Source: Octopus sinensis (taxonomy: Eukaryota). From it: a DNA stretch of 64,000 nt. A program made the position numbers and the translations under genes. Shown here in pieces: positions 13,512-26,075 of this stretch. How positions within the stretch are numbered: the stretch's first letter is position 1; every line of letters begins with the position of its first letter. The DNA is taken from assembly GCF_006345805.1 (NCBI RefSeq), contig NC_043013.1, forward strand, positions 57,288,001-57,352,000, in the 5' to 3' direction. Below the pieces are notes generated by a model. That model did no database searches, was not told the origin of the DNA, and saw nothing but the letters and a program-made list of their open reading frames with translations.

Positions 13512-16500
13512 CAGTAGTTTTATTTTTATAGCGTGCTTTCACTTCACTACCGAGCGCAGCTCTGTGTGCCTTGGGTATGTGCTGTGATTTGTTGTGATGC
13601 TCTGATGGTTATTGTATGGAAAGTGTTCTGCATAGGATGTGTGCAGTGCCTAGTAGTGCAATTTTCTGTATGTTATATGTGTTTGTAAGTCCTGGTGTTT
13701 TTGTTATGTATTTGTCTGAATATTTTTTTATCATGCCTAATGCAGCTACTATGATAGGAATTGTTTCTGTTTTCAGATTCCACATTCTGGTTACCTCTAT
13801 TTCCAGGTTTTTGTATTTTGAGAGTTTCTCCATTTCTTTTAGAGACACGTTGTCATCTGCCGGTATTGATACATCAATTAGAAAGCATTTTTTTTCTTCA
13901 TGATCTCTGACAACTATATCTGGTCTGTTGGCCTTAATTTCTCTATCTGTGTGTATCGGCATATCTCAGAAGATGGTTGCTTTCTCGTTTTCTGTGACCT
14001 TTTGTGGTGTGTGCCTATACCATCTTTTTTCTGTTGTTATTCCATAATGTTGGCATAGCTTCCAGTGTATGTAGGTCCCAACTCTGTCATGTCTGTGAAT
14101 ATATTCCTTCTTAGCCAGGACTGGGCAGCTAGAGATAATATGATTTATTGTTTCTTGTCCATCTCCACATATTCTGCAGTTACTTGTTATATTTCTTTTC
14201 ATTACATGAATTTGGTAATTTCTGGTGAGGAGGCTTTGGTCTTGTGCTGCAATTAAAAATCCCTCTGTCTCTGCTTTGAGTCCTGAGCTTCTCAACCATT
14301 GCTGGGATTTTTCTTTGTCTATTTCTTTTGCATTTAGTTTAGTCCAGTATTTACCATGAAGGGGCTTTTCTTGCCATCGTTTTATCATGGTTCGTTGCTG
14401 TTCTATTTTTAGTTTGGATTTCATTTGTTTTATTGCTTTTGTTGTTTCTTCATCATCTTCTTCTTCTTCTTTGTGTTTATTAGGTGGTATGATTTCTTGT
14501 TTGTATTTGTCAGCTTCCTTAAATACTGAGAACAGTTTTTCGTTTTGCTCGTGTTTTGGCGATATTTGTATCAGTTTTCCTTCCTTCTGAAGTAGATATT
14601 TTTGCAGTCCTATGGTGGTTATTTTATAGTATTTTCCAGCTGTATAAGGCCTCTACCACCTTCTATACGTTGTACGTATAGTCTTTCTATGTCAGATTTT
14701 GGGTGATGCATCCTAAATCCTGTCATTATTTTTCTTGTTTTCCTATCTATTTTGGTCAGTTCATTTAGTGTCCAGTTAAGGATATTGTAGCTGTAACTTA
14801 TAACTGGGACAGCTAAAGTGTTAATACCTATTATCTTGTCTTTAGCATTGAGCTCTGTTTTTAGTATTGATCTAACTCGTCTATAATATTCTTTTTTTAA
14901 TTTCTCTTTCATTTGTGTGTGTTGTGTCTTATCTAGTTCATGGATTCATAAGTATTTGTAAGTTTGGCTTTGCTCTAATTCTTTTATTTCATTGGTTTTT
15001 TCTAGTGTGATGTTGCTACTCTTAACTAGTTTTCCTCTTTTCATGGTTACTTTGGCGCATTTTTCTAATCCAAATTTCATATCTATTTCTTTGGTAAATC
15101 CATGAACTGTCTTTAATAGTGTTTCCAGCTGTTTGTCATTTGCAGCGTATAGTTTTAGGTCATCCATATATAAAAGGTGGCTGATCGTTTTGCCGTAACA
15201 TTTATATCCGCATCCAGTTCTATTTAGCATATCAGATAGAGGTGACAGTGCCAAGCAGAAAAGGAGTAGAGAGAGCGTGTCTCCCTGGAATATTCCTCTT
15301 CTAATGGGGATGGCTTTGGTTTTCATGAGTCCCTCTTTTGTATGGAGCTGTAGAACTGTCTGCCATTTATTCATAGAGTGCCCTATGAATTTTATAATGG
15401 TTGGTGCTACTTTGTTAATAGCTAGTGTTTCGAGGATCCATGTGTGGGGGATGCTATCAAACGCCTTTTTGTAGTCAATCCAGGCCATACTGAGGCCTTT
15501 CTTCTTTCTGTGGCTGTCTTCAGTTATGGCTTTATTAATCATTAGTTGATCTTTACAGCCATATGAGCCTTTGCGGCATCCTTTCTGCTCTTCTGTAAAC
15601 AGGTTGTTTTCGTCCAGGTGCTTGTTCAACCTTTGCAATATCACTGCAGTAAATGCCTTGTACATTGTAGGGAGACAGGTTATTGGTCTGTAGTTTTCTG
15701 GTTTTGCTGTCTCATTTGATTTGGGAATTAAGATGGTTTTCCGCTTTCTTGAGCCATTCAGGCATTGGCTCTGGCTCTGCTAGTACGTTGTTAAAGTTTT
15801 CAGCCAGCTTTTTGTGCATTCCTGTTAGATATTTCAACCAGAAGTTGAGGATCTTGTCATGCCCAGGTGCCTTCCAGTTGCTTAGTCTTTGCAGTGCCTG
15901 GGTGACCTCTTCAGTTGTTATGGGGGTTCAAAGTTGCTCAGATGCTGAGTTTGTTGTTTTAATACTCCTTTTTGTTTTTGGTTCGTTCGCCGAACATATT
16001 TCTCTCCAGAATTCTTCCACTTCTTCTGCCGTTGGTGCTGCAGTGATTTCTATTTTATTTTTGCCAAGTTCTTGGTAGAAATTTTGGGGGTTGGAGTTGA
16101 ACTTTTTGTTCAAAGAAGCGCTGGCATTTCTTGTACCGGCAGATCCTTTGTGCTTTGGCAAGGATATCATGCTTCAGCTTTTCTTTTATCTCAGGTAAAT
16201 CTTTTTCTGTGATGGTATATTTGCGGAGTATTTTTGTTTTCTTTTTGTTGCTCAGTAGCGTTTATTGTCTACTGATTTCATTAAGAATCAACAGATCTTT
16301 TCTCATTTTTTGTATTTTGTTTCGGATGTTATTTATCCACAGGGTTTGTTTGGGTGGTGGTACTCCTGTTTGGATGGGTTTGAGTGAGTATCCAGCTTCT
16401 TTTGTGGCTGCATTGGCTGCTGTGTATACTAAGTCATTTAGCTCAGTGATATCGCTTTTTGTTTCAGTGGCTATTAGTTCCGTGACGGCTAGGTTTATGC

Positions 16501-17613
16501 TGTTTATAATTGGTGTTGTTGTTTCGTCTATTTTGATTTTTGGGAGGTATGGTCGGTGGTCCATTTTGAGCTCTGTGGTTTTCAGTTCTTTGATTATTTT
16601 ACTTTTTATGTAATCATAGTCATTAGGCTCACCTTCATTGTTTCCAGGTTTTAGCTTTGTGTCGCTTTCTTTCTTATTTATATGTTTGTTTGCCGTGTTT
16701 TGGCTTGCTGTTTGTCTTGTATTATTATGCATCCTTACGGTCTGGTTTTGTTGTTTTTTGTTTACATCATGTTTGTTGGGAATGTTACGTTTGTCTTTGT
16801 GTTTTACTGTTTCAGTGTTTATATTATTGGGCATTGTTGTGTGGCTTCTATCTATATTTTCCTGATGTATTTTTTCCTTTAGATGTTCTAATTCTATTTC
16901 TGATATTTTTTTGCGTTGAGAATGTATCTTCGTACGTTAGCTAATTTATTAGGGTTCATTGCTGTATCCAAGCCTATATTTATGTTATATTCCTTCCATA
17001 TTTTATATGTATGTGTTGTTGTGTTTTCATTTTTTGGGTAGAGCACTGCTGTGAAGTAAGCGTGTAGGATAGAAATGTATTCCTCACGTGTCCATTTATA
17101 TCTTTTGGGTTTTACTTGCGGGACATGAGGAACAACGTCCGGCCCATTATTTTGACGGTCGTCATTTTCGTAGGGTTCATTTCTGTTTGTCACATTGTTT
17201 TGCACGTGTAGTTTTTCGTACAATTTGTGTTGTAAGTTTAAAGTACGTACCTCCCGATTGTTATTCTTGGGTTGAATAATATCGGTGGCATTTAATTTCT
17301 TCATAGTTCCTTTGTACATGGTGTTTGGGGTCGGGGATGATCTGGTGTTGATGGATCGTAATGCACCACGCATGTTTACATGTGTTGTGTTAGAGGTGGA
17401 GATGATAACGAGTCAAAATACATCATTTCGTTTCGAAAAAAATATTTTTCCAATTAGTATTACTTACTTGGATACAGTCCAATTCTTTGTTAGTAAATCT
17501 TTGGCTCCATACGATGTCCTTGTTTTCGATGTTTGTGGATAGATTTCGGAGCTCTGTTTTATCCTTCTTACATCTTAAACGTCCCCCGGAGTTCTAAACG
17601 TCCCCTCCCCCGG

Positions 17614-17615
<2 letters not shown>
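13512..17615 (-). mobile_element. Full-length (~4.1 kb) R4/Dong-clade non-LTR retrotransposon, copy F, embedded in (TAA)n
   Basis: 5' UTR, N-terminal domain, RT, CCHC knuckle, PD-(D/E)xK-type endonuclease and ~100-bp 3' UTR are all present, bounded by ATT tracts at 13480-13511 and 17616-17712. Confidence 0.9.
13609..17373 (-). pseudogene. Single-ORF RT/RLE polyprotein of copy F, broken by stops and frameshifts
   Basis: RYKWTREEY...KLANVRR (R4/Dong N-terminal motif); NWKAPGHD; NYRPITCLPTMYK; EEQKGC; WIDYKKAFDSIPH; RGIFQGDTLSLLLF; HLLYMDDLKL; YKYL; CRICGDGQETINHIISSC; RPDIV...LIDVSIP. In-frame TAA at 16262 and TGA at 15928, plus several frameshifts. Confidence 0.9.
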
Positions 17616-17700
<85 letters not shown>

Positions 17701-17712
17701 CATTATTATTAT
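17616..17712. repeat. (ATT)n microsatellite
   Basis: Directly visible. Confidence 0.95.
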
Positions 17713-18057
17713 TTATTATCATTTACCAACCATAGCAAATCTCTTTTCTCTTTTCATACAATCAAGTACATTTGTTGTGATGGTTCTCAGAACTCCCCAC
17801 ATGAAACGAAGAATCCAATAATGGAGCAATCACCAGCCAACCCATATTTGGTACAGTTCCCATAATCACAGTAAAAGACATTCATATATTGTCATTATTT
17901 CACTGCTGTAGCTAAGTTCTTGTTAAACTAACATTACTGATGGTGACAGCTTTTCAATTTAGTTTTACCCCTTCTAGGGAAAGGACAGAATCCTTATAGT
18001 TAAGCTAAAACAGCTAATGATGTTTATTCTTTCTTTATTCTGCTGGGATCCACTTTG

Positions 18058-18170
18058 TCATTCATTCTTTTGGGTTTGACAAACGAAGTACCAGTTGTGT
18101 ACTGGGGTTAATGTAATTAACTTACACATTACCCCAAAATTGCTGGCCTTATGCCAAATTTTGAAACCAG
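18058..18170 (+). mobile_element. SINE 3' fragment
   Basis: AAGTACCAGTTGTGTACTGGGGTTAATGTAATTAAC...CCCCAAAATTGCTGGCC, shared with copies at ~200 and ~10070. Confidence 0.6.
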
Positions 18171-18699
18171 CATTCCTTCCTACTTTCAGCATTCTGAGTT
18201 GGGATCCTGCTGTAGTCAAGTTTCCTATTCTTTCTTTATTCAAAGTTAATAAATAAAGACGCAGTTTCAGTCAGTGGATTGTTTGAAATAGAAGAAGAGT
18301 GTTGGATGAAATAATTTGTGGATTGTGGATCTTCACTATCTAATTTAGAATTCTACCTCATATCACTGACATTCTCATGGCAGAAAACAGGGTTTGGGGC
18401 ACTTCACTGATAGCGACATGTTGCTGGGAGCATTCAAATGTTAACAGGCTTTCAGAACCCCACTAAAAACGATAAATGTCTAATGTTAATTGATGTAATG
18501 TATCAGTTGGAGATATTAATGACATATTCACTGGGCACTGATTTGGGATCACTTCTGTAACCGAAACACACCTGCACTGTCTTCTTCGCTAGGTTAATTA
18601 CAGGTGAAATGTTGCCAATGGTGAGAAGGTCTATGGCCGAGTGGTTAGGATATTCAGCCCACGATTGTAAAGTCAATGGCAAATTGTGTCATAGAGCAA

Positions 18700-19428
18700 A
18701 TCATCATCATTGTTCGACCGTGGTCGAGACAATGGAATTTACTATGTTGCGCCAGACTTCACGGTCCATCATAGCATTACGGAGGTCCTGTTGCTGGATG
18801 CCTGTATCCCTGGAGATTACATCAGGGTAGGAGAGTGTGCGCCCTCTGGTGTTGCGAGTAGATGGCTTCCAGAGGAGAAGAGTAGAAATTACTTCTTTTT
18901 CAGCTCTACAACAATGTCCAGCAAACTGGACTCTCCTACCCTTCACAAGAGATGACACAGGTGGTAATTTCCCATATATTTGCATTTTAGTTGGATGGCG
19001 CCTCCACGAGAGATTTTGAGCTCTCATAAGGAGGCGAGTGTAGGTTCCATCCAACCGCCTCTCAAGCTTCTTTGATAACGTCCAGGTTTCTGAGCCATAT
19101 AGTAGGATTGGTTCGACTGTGGCTTTGAATATTTCAAGTTTGAAGTCTCTACTTAGATTTGATGACCAGATCTTATGCATGTCATTACAGGCTGACCAGG
19201 CCATACCCTTTCTAGTTAGAAAGTCTTTTCCAGATGATGATATGTATGACCCAAGATATTTATAATCAGAAACCATATTTAAAGGCGCATTGTTGAGAGT
19301 ATGGATGATGCAATCACTGTTGGACAGGCACTTGTTTATGTATTCAGTCTTGGCCTCGTTGAGGTAAAGACCTACACAATTTGAGGCTTGTTCGAGAGAT
19401 TGTAAAAGAGACTGGGCATTGGAGAGAG
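18700..19428 (-). mobile_element. RTE-like LINE, 3' end (post-catalytic RT/thumb region), open frame up to the gap
   Basis: VGLYLNEAKTEY...YKYLGS...VEPILLYGSETWTL...RRVQFAGHC; ~240 uninterrupted codons ending directly in a (TGA)3 tail. Confidence 0.8.
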
Positions 19429-19528
19429 NNNNNNNNNNNNNNNNNNNNNNNNNNNNNNNNNNNNNNNNNNNNNNNNNNNNNNNNNNNNNNNNNNNNNNNN
19501 NNNNNNNNNNNNNNNNNNNNNNNNNNNN
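19429..19528. other. Assembly gap (100 N)
   Basis: Run of N. Confidence 1.
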
Positions 19529-22500
19529 AATTAAGTTTGAATTCTTTGCAATCAAATTTGAATTCTTTGTAATCAAATTTGAATTCTTTGCAATCAAATT
19601 TGAATTCTTTGCAATCAAATTTGAATTCTTTGCAATCAAATTTGAATTCTTTGCAATCAAATTTGAATTCTTTGTAATTAAATTTGAATTCTTTGCAATC
19701 AAATTTGAATTCTTTGCAATCAAATTTGATTTCATTGCAATCAAATTTGAATTCTTTGCAATCAAATTTGAATTCTTTCCAATCAAATTTGAATACTTTG
19801 CAATCAAATTTGAATACTTTGCAATCAAATTTGAATTCTTTGTAGTCAAATTTGAATTCTTTGCAATCAAATTTGAATTCTTTGCAATCAAATTTGATTC
19901 TCTTGCAATCAAATTTGAATTCTTGCAATCAAATTTGAATTCGTTGCAATCATATTTGAATTCTTTGCAATCAAATTTGAATTCTTTGCAATCAAATTTC
20001 ATTTCTTTGCAATCAAATTTGAATTGTTTGCAATCAAATTTGAATTCTTTGCAATCAAATTTCATTTCTTTGCAATCAAATTTGAATTGTTTGCAATCAA
20101 ATTTGAATTCTTTGCAATCAAATTTGAATTCTTTGCAATCAAATTTGAATTCTTTGCAATCAAATTTGATTTCTTTGCAATCAAATTTGATTTCTTTGCA
20201 ATCAAATTTGAATTCTTTGCAATCAAATTTGAACTCTTTGCAATCAAATTTGAATTCTTTGCAATCAAATTCGATTTCTTTGCAATCAAATTTGAATTCT
20301 TTGCAATCAAATTTGAATTCTTTGCAATCAAATTTGAATTCTTTGCAATCAAATTTGAATTCTTTGCAATCAAATTTGAATTCTTTGTAATCAAATTTGA
20401 ATTCTTTGCAATCAAATTTGAATTCTTTGCAATCAAATTTGAATACTTTGCAATCAAATTTGTATTCTTTGCAATCAAATTTGAATTCTTTGCTATCAAA
20501 TTTGATTTCTTTGCAATCAAATTTCATTTCTTTGCAATCAAATTTGAATTGTTTGCAATCAAATTTGAATTCTCTGCAATCAAGTTTCAATTCATTGCAA
20601 TCAAATTTGAATTCTTTGCAATCAAATTTGAACTCTTTGCAATCAAATTTGAATTCTTTGCAATCAAATTTGAATTCTTTGCAATCAAATTTGATTCTTT
20701 GCAATCAAATTTGAATTATTGCAATCAAATTTGAATTCTTTGCAATCAAATTTGAATTCTTTGCAATCAAATTTGAATTCTTTGCAATCAAATTTCAATT
20801 CTTTGCAATCAAATTTGAATTCTTTGCAATCAAATTTGAATTCTTTGCAATCAAATTTGAATTCTTTGCAATCAAATTTGAATTCTTTACAATCAAATTT
20901 GAATTCTTTGTAATCAAATTTGAATTCTTTGCAATCAAATTTGATTTCTTTGCAATAAAATTTGATTTTTTTGCAATCAAATTTGAATTCTTTGCAATCA
21001 AATTTGAACTCTTTGCAATCAAATTTGAATTCTTTCCAATCAAATTCGATTTCTTTGCAATCAAATTTGAATTCTTTGCAATCAAATTTGAATTCTTTGC
21101 AATCAAATTTGAATTCTTTGCAATCAAATTTGAATTCTTTGCAATCAAATTTGAATTCTTTGTAATCAAATTTGAATTCTTTGCAATCAAATTTGAATTC
21201 TTTGCAATCAAATTTGAATACTTTGCAATCAAATTTGAATTCTTTGCAAACAAATTTGAATTCTTTGCTATCAAATTTGATTTCTTTGCAATCAAATTTG
21301 AATTCTTTGCAATCATATTTGAATTCTTTGCAATCAAATTTGAATTCTTTGCAATCAAATTTGAATTCTTTGCAATCAAATTTGAATTCTTTGCAATCAA
21401 ATTTGATTTCTTTGTAATCAAATTTGAATTCTTTGCAATCAAATTTGATTTCTTTGCAATCGAATATGATTTCTTTGCAATCAAATTTGAATTCTTTGCA
21501 ATCAAATTTGAACTCTTTGCAATCAAATTTGAATTCTTTGCGATCAAATTTGAATTCTTTGCAATCAAATTTGAATTCTTTGCAATCAAATTTGAATTCT
21601 TTGCAATCAAATTTGAATTCTTTGTAATCAAATTTGAATTCTTTGCAATCAAATTTGAATTCTTTGCAATCAAATTTGAATTCTTTGCAATCAAATTTGA
21701 TTTCTTTGCAATCAAATTTGAATTCTTTGCAATCAAATTTGAATTCTTTGCAATCAAATTTGAATTCTTTGCAATCAAATTTGAATTTTTGCAATCAAAT
21801 TTGAATTCTATGCAATCAAATTTGAATCCTTTGCCATCAAATTTGAATTATTTGCAATCATATTTGAATTCTATGCAATCATATTTGAATACTTTGCAAT
21901 CAAATTTGAATTCTTTGCAAACAAATTTGAATTCTTTGCAATCAAATTTGAATTCTTTGCAAACAAATTTGAATTCTTTGCAATCATATTTGAATAACTT
22001 GCATTCAAATTTGAATTCTTTGCAATCATATTTGAGTTCTTTTCAATCAAATTTGAATTCTTTGCAATCAAATTTGAAATCTTTCCCATCAAATTTGAAT
22101 CCTTTGCAATCATATTTGACTTCTTTGCAATCAAATTTGAATTCTTTGCTATCAAATTTGAAATCTTTGCAATCAAATTTGAATTATTTGCAATCAAATT
22201 TGAATTCTTTGCAATCATATTTGAATACTTTGCAATCAAATTTGAATTCTTTGCAATCAAATTTGAATTCTTTGCAATCAAATTTGAATTCTTTGCAAAC
22301 AAATTTGAATTCTTTGCAATCAAATTTGAATTCTTTGCCATCAAATTTGAATTCTTTGCAATCGTATTTGAATTCTTTACAATCAAATTTGAATTCTTTG
22401 CAATCAAATTTGAATTCTTTGCAATCAAATTTGAATTCTTTGCAATCAAATTTGAATTGTTTGCAATCAAATTTGAATTCTTTGCAATCAAATTTGAATT

Positions 22501-23993
22501 CTTTGCAATCAAATTTGATTTCTTTGCAATCAAATTTGAATTCTTTGCAATCAAATTTGAATTCTTTGTAATCAAATTTGAATTCTTTGCAATCAAATTT
22601 GAATTCTTTGCAATCAAATTTGAATTCTTTCCAATCAAATTTGAATTCTTTGTAATCAAATTTGAATACTTTGCAATCAAATTTGAATACTTTGCAATCA
22701 AATTTGAATTCTTTGCAATCAAATTTGATTTCTTTGCAATCAAATTTGAATTCTTTGCAATCAAATTTGAATTCTTTTCAATCAAATTTGAATTCTTTGC
22801 AATCAAATTTGAATTCTTTGCAATCAAATTTGATTTCTTTGCAATCAAATTTGAATTATTTGCAATCAAATTTGAACTCTTTGCAATCAAATTTGAATTC
22901 TTTGCAATCAAATTTGAATTGTTTGCAATCAAATTTGAATTCTTTGCAATTAAGTTTGAATTCTTTGCAATCAAATTTGAATTCTTTGTAATCAAATTTG
23001 AATTCTTTGCAATCAAATTTGAATTCTTTGCAATCAAATTTGAATTCTTTGCAATCAAATTTGAATTCTTTGTAATCAAATTTGAATTCTTTGTAATTAA
23101 ATTTGAATTCTTTGCAATCAAATTTGAATTCTTTGCAATCAAATTTGATTTCTTTGCAATCAAATTTGAATTCTTTGCAATCAAATTTGAATTCTTTCCA
23201 ATCAAATTTGAATACTTTGCAATCAAATTTGAATTCTTTGCAATCAAATTTGAATTCTTTGTAGTCAAATTTGAATTCTTTGCAATCAAATTTGAATTCT
23301 TTGCAATCAAATTTGATTTCTTTGCAATCAAATTTGAATTCTTTGCAATCAAATTTGAATTCTTTGCAATCATATTTGAATTCTTTGCAATCAAATTTGA
23401 ATTCTTTGCAATCAAATTTCATTTCTTTGCAATCAAATTTGAATTGTTTGCAATCAAATTTGAATTCTTTGCAATCAAATTTCATTTCTTTGCAATCAAA
23501 TTTGAATTCTTTGCAATCAAATTTGAACTCTTTGCAATCAAATTTGAATTCTTTGCAATCAAATTCGATTTCTTTGCAATCAAATTTGAATTCTTTGCAA
23601 TCAATTTGAATTCTTTGCAATCAAATTTGAATTCTTTGCAATCAAATTTGAATTCTTTGCAATCAAATTTGAATTCTTTGCAATCAAATTTGAATTCTTT
23701 GCAATCAAATTTGAATTCTTTGCAATCAAATTTGAATACTTTGCAATCAAATTTGAATTCTTTGCAATCAAATTTGAATTCTTTGCAATCAAATTTGATT
23801 TCTTTGCAATCAAATTTGAATTCTTTGCAATCAAATTTGAATTCTTTGTAATCAAATTTGAGCTCTTTGCAATCAAATTTGAATTCTTTGCAATCAAATT
23901 AGAATTCTTTGCAATCAAATTAAAATTCTTTGCAATCAAATCTGAATTCTTTGCAATCAAATTTGAATTATTTGCCATCAAATTTGAATTTTT
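19529..23993. repeat. 21-bp tandem satellite, consensus TTGCAATCAAATTTGAATTCT, ~210 copies
   Basis: Directly visible head-to-tail array with sparse point variants; left end hidden by the gap. Confidence 0.98.
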
Positions 23994-24450
23994 CATTTGG
24001 TGCTCAAACCTTGAAAAGAAAAAAACATTGAAACTACATCAGCCGTAAGGCAATACATTTCTATCTTATCTAACTCATCCAGTAGAGCCCACCAATTGAT
24101 ATCTGAGAAGTTCGATGAAATAACTCATGAACACTGGCACAGCTTCTACCAAAACTTGCTTCAACATATTTACATAGTTGACAGATCTCACCATGGGAGA
24201 TGATAAACGAATGATTCTTTTTCTATTATGTCCCCTTGTTCAGACCGGAATATCTTTTGGCAGAAGCTATGGCAGTGTTCATGAGTTATTTCATCGAACT
24301 TTTCAGATATCAATTGGTGGGCTCTACTGGACGAATTAGATAAGGTAGACATGTATTCCCTTACGGCTGATGTAGTTTAACTCTTTTTTTCTTTTACAAG
24401 GTTTGAGCACCAATTGAAAAATTCAAATTTGATGGCAAAGAATCCAAACT
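23971..24450. repeat. Foldback inverted repeat (~185-bp arms, ~100-bp spacer) whose outer ends are satellite monomers
   Basis: 23971-24154 is the reverse complement of 24255-24440 at roughly 90% identity by eye. Confidence 0.9.
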
Positions 24451-24579
24451 AGATCGAAAACATCTTTATTTACAGGGAATAGTTTAGTCCATCCAAAGGC
24501 ACACCTCTGATGTTGGTTGTTCAGTTTATATAGAGCTAGTCTGTGATATGAAGTGGGGGGGGGGTATGAAAAGAAAACC

Positions 24580-24845
24580 AGGACAACTGGGAGAACCCCA
24601 AGATTAAATAAAATAGAGAGAGTCACACATCGATAGAACCAGAAGTCTCTACACGATCCGTTGATGTGATAGATATAGTAACCAAATCTTACTCAAATCA
24701 CATCTTACCATCTTTAAAACAGGGAGTGACACATTAGATAAGTTAGTCTTAGATAGTCATGAAAATACTCAGGGATGGTCATGGCTGGGATGCCTTTATC
24801 ATAGATTTATCCAATCATGGTCGACTTGGGGCTAAATAACAACAA
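24580..24845 (+). repeat. Interspersed repeat, unclassified (related segments in opposite orientation at ~35.7-35.9, 36.4-36.6 and 63.2-63.3 kb)
   Basis: Shared GGGATGGTCAT...GGG and TAAATAACAAC end motifs; recognised by eye only. Confidence 0.45.
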
Positions 24846-25689
24846 ACTATGTCCAGAAGAAGGATCAGAAGATTGAGGTTTTTCTTGGTTATTCTATGTG
24901 AAATGAGAACAGTTTACAGATCGATTTGTTCAACTACATCCTTGAAGGTGTTGCCCCAGCATGGGCAATGTGTAATAACTGTAACAAGCGAATAACTAAA
25001 AGAATATATTTTCTAATAGAGTACATCTTTGATTTCAGTCATTGGACTGTGGCCATGCTGGAGCAACACCTTACAAGTCTGAATCTATTGTATCTTATCA
25101 TAACATGACTAACAAACTCCAAGGTGTTGCTCCAGCATGACTGAATCAAGTGAAAGATAAAAGATATCAACCTGGATGAAACTTGAAACCAGAGTGTAAA
25201 TGTATGAACCCAAATGCCAGAAAGAGATTTGATCAACACTTTACCTATTTTGCCATCAGCCATCTTTTTAGAAACTTAATGGGTTGTTATTGTTGATTAA
25301 TAAAAAACGAATAAATAAATAAATAAATAAAATATAATAAAAATTAAAAAATCATACCAAAAAAACAAACCTTACTTTGAGTTTGGAAACCAAAGAAGGA
25401 AGGATTGATGTAAATTCAATGATGTTTAAGGGCTGTTTATCAATTTTACAGACTATTGTAATTTTTATAGCGTTTCTCTCCCAAGAACCCACTTATAGAT
25501 TCTTTGTTCCAAGAAAGGTGGTGTTGATTTGTTTTTACCAATTAAATTATTCTTTCACTACTTTGTAAACATTAATTATTTATTGAGATTCATTTGCATT
25601 ATTAAATCTATTATCAATATTAAAAGACGTCAACCTGCAGTTATTATTTATTCCTCATTAGCATTATTGCTTCAGAATATATATTTTAT

Positions 25690-25774
25690 TTATTACATGT
25701 GCACACACACACATATATATATTTATATATTTATATATTTATATTTATATATATTTATATATTTATACACACAC

Positions 25775-25825
<51 letters not shown>

Positions 25826-25937
25826 CTTACATACATATTCATATATATATATACATACATATATGTATATATACATACATATATATATACATACATATAT
25901 ACATATATATATATACATACATATATATATATATATA

Positions 25938-25969
<32 letters not shown>

Positions 25970-26075
25970 ATATATATGTGTGTATACATATATAAGTATT
26001 TATGTACATGTATGTGAATATACTCTATATGTATGTATGTATATATATATTCATACATACACACACATACACACA
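25690..26075. repeat. Compound TA/CA/TG microsatellite
   Basis: Directly visible. Confidence 0.9.

Noticed and set aside
13609-17373. Idea that copy F is intact and broken only by homopolymer sequencing errors
   Set aside because: Only one lesion fits that pattern; two in-frame stops, a multi-base deletion and CpG-type substitutions indicate real inactivation.
17400-17615. HDV-like ribozyme at the 5' end of the full-length Dong copy
   Set aside because: Such ribozymes are known for some R2/R4-group elements, but I could not assemble the nested double pseudoknot by eye. A descriptor search would be needed.
18630-18685. tRNA gene (TGGCCGAGTGGTTAGG A-box)
   Set aside because: Only a truncated tRNA-like SINE head; no T-arm or acceptor stem.
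18707-20704. 665-aa ORF joining KEFKFDC repeats to an RT C-terminus
   Set aside because: Artefact: the frame runs through the 100-N gap and fuses satellite translation to a separate LINE fragment.
19529-23993. CRISPR array or repeat-protein gene (FAIKFEF, LQSNLNS, KNSNLIA, KEFKFDC ORFs)
   Set aside because: Units are contiguous with no spacers and there are no cas genes. Four frames are open simply because a 21-bp unit lacks stops in them.
24946-25145. Short inverted repeats AAGGTGTTGCTCCAGCATG
   Set aside because: Explained by oppositely oriented fragments of a common SINE tail.
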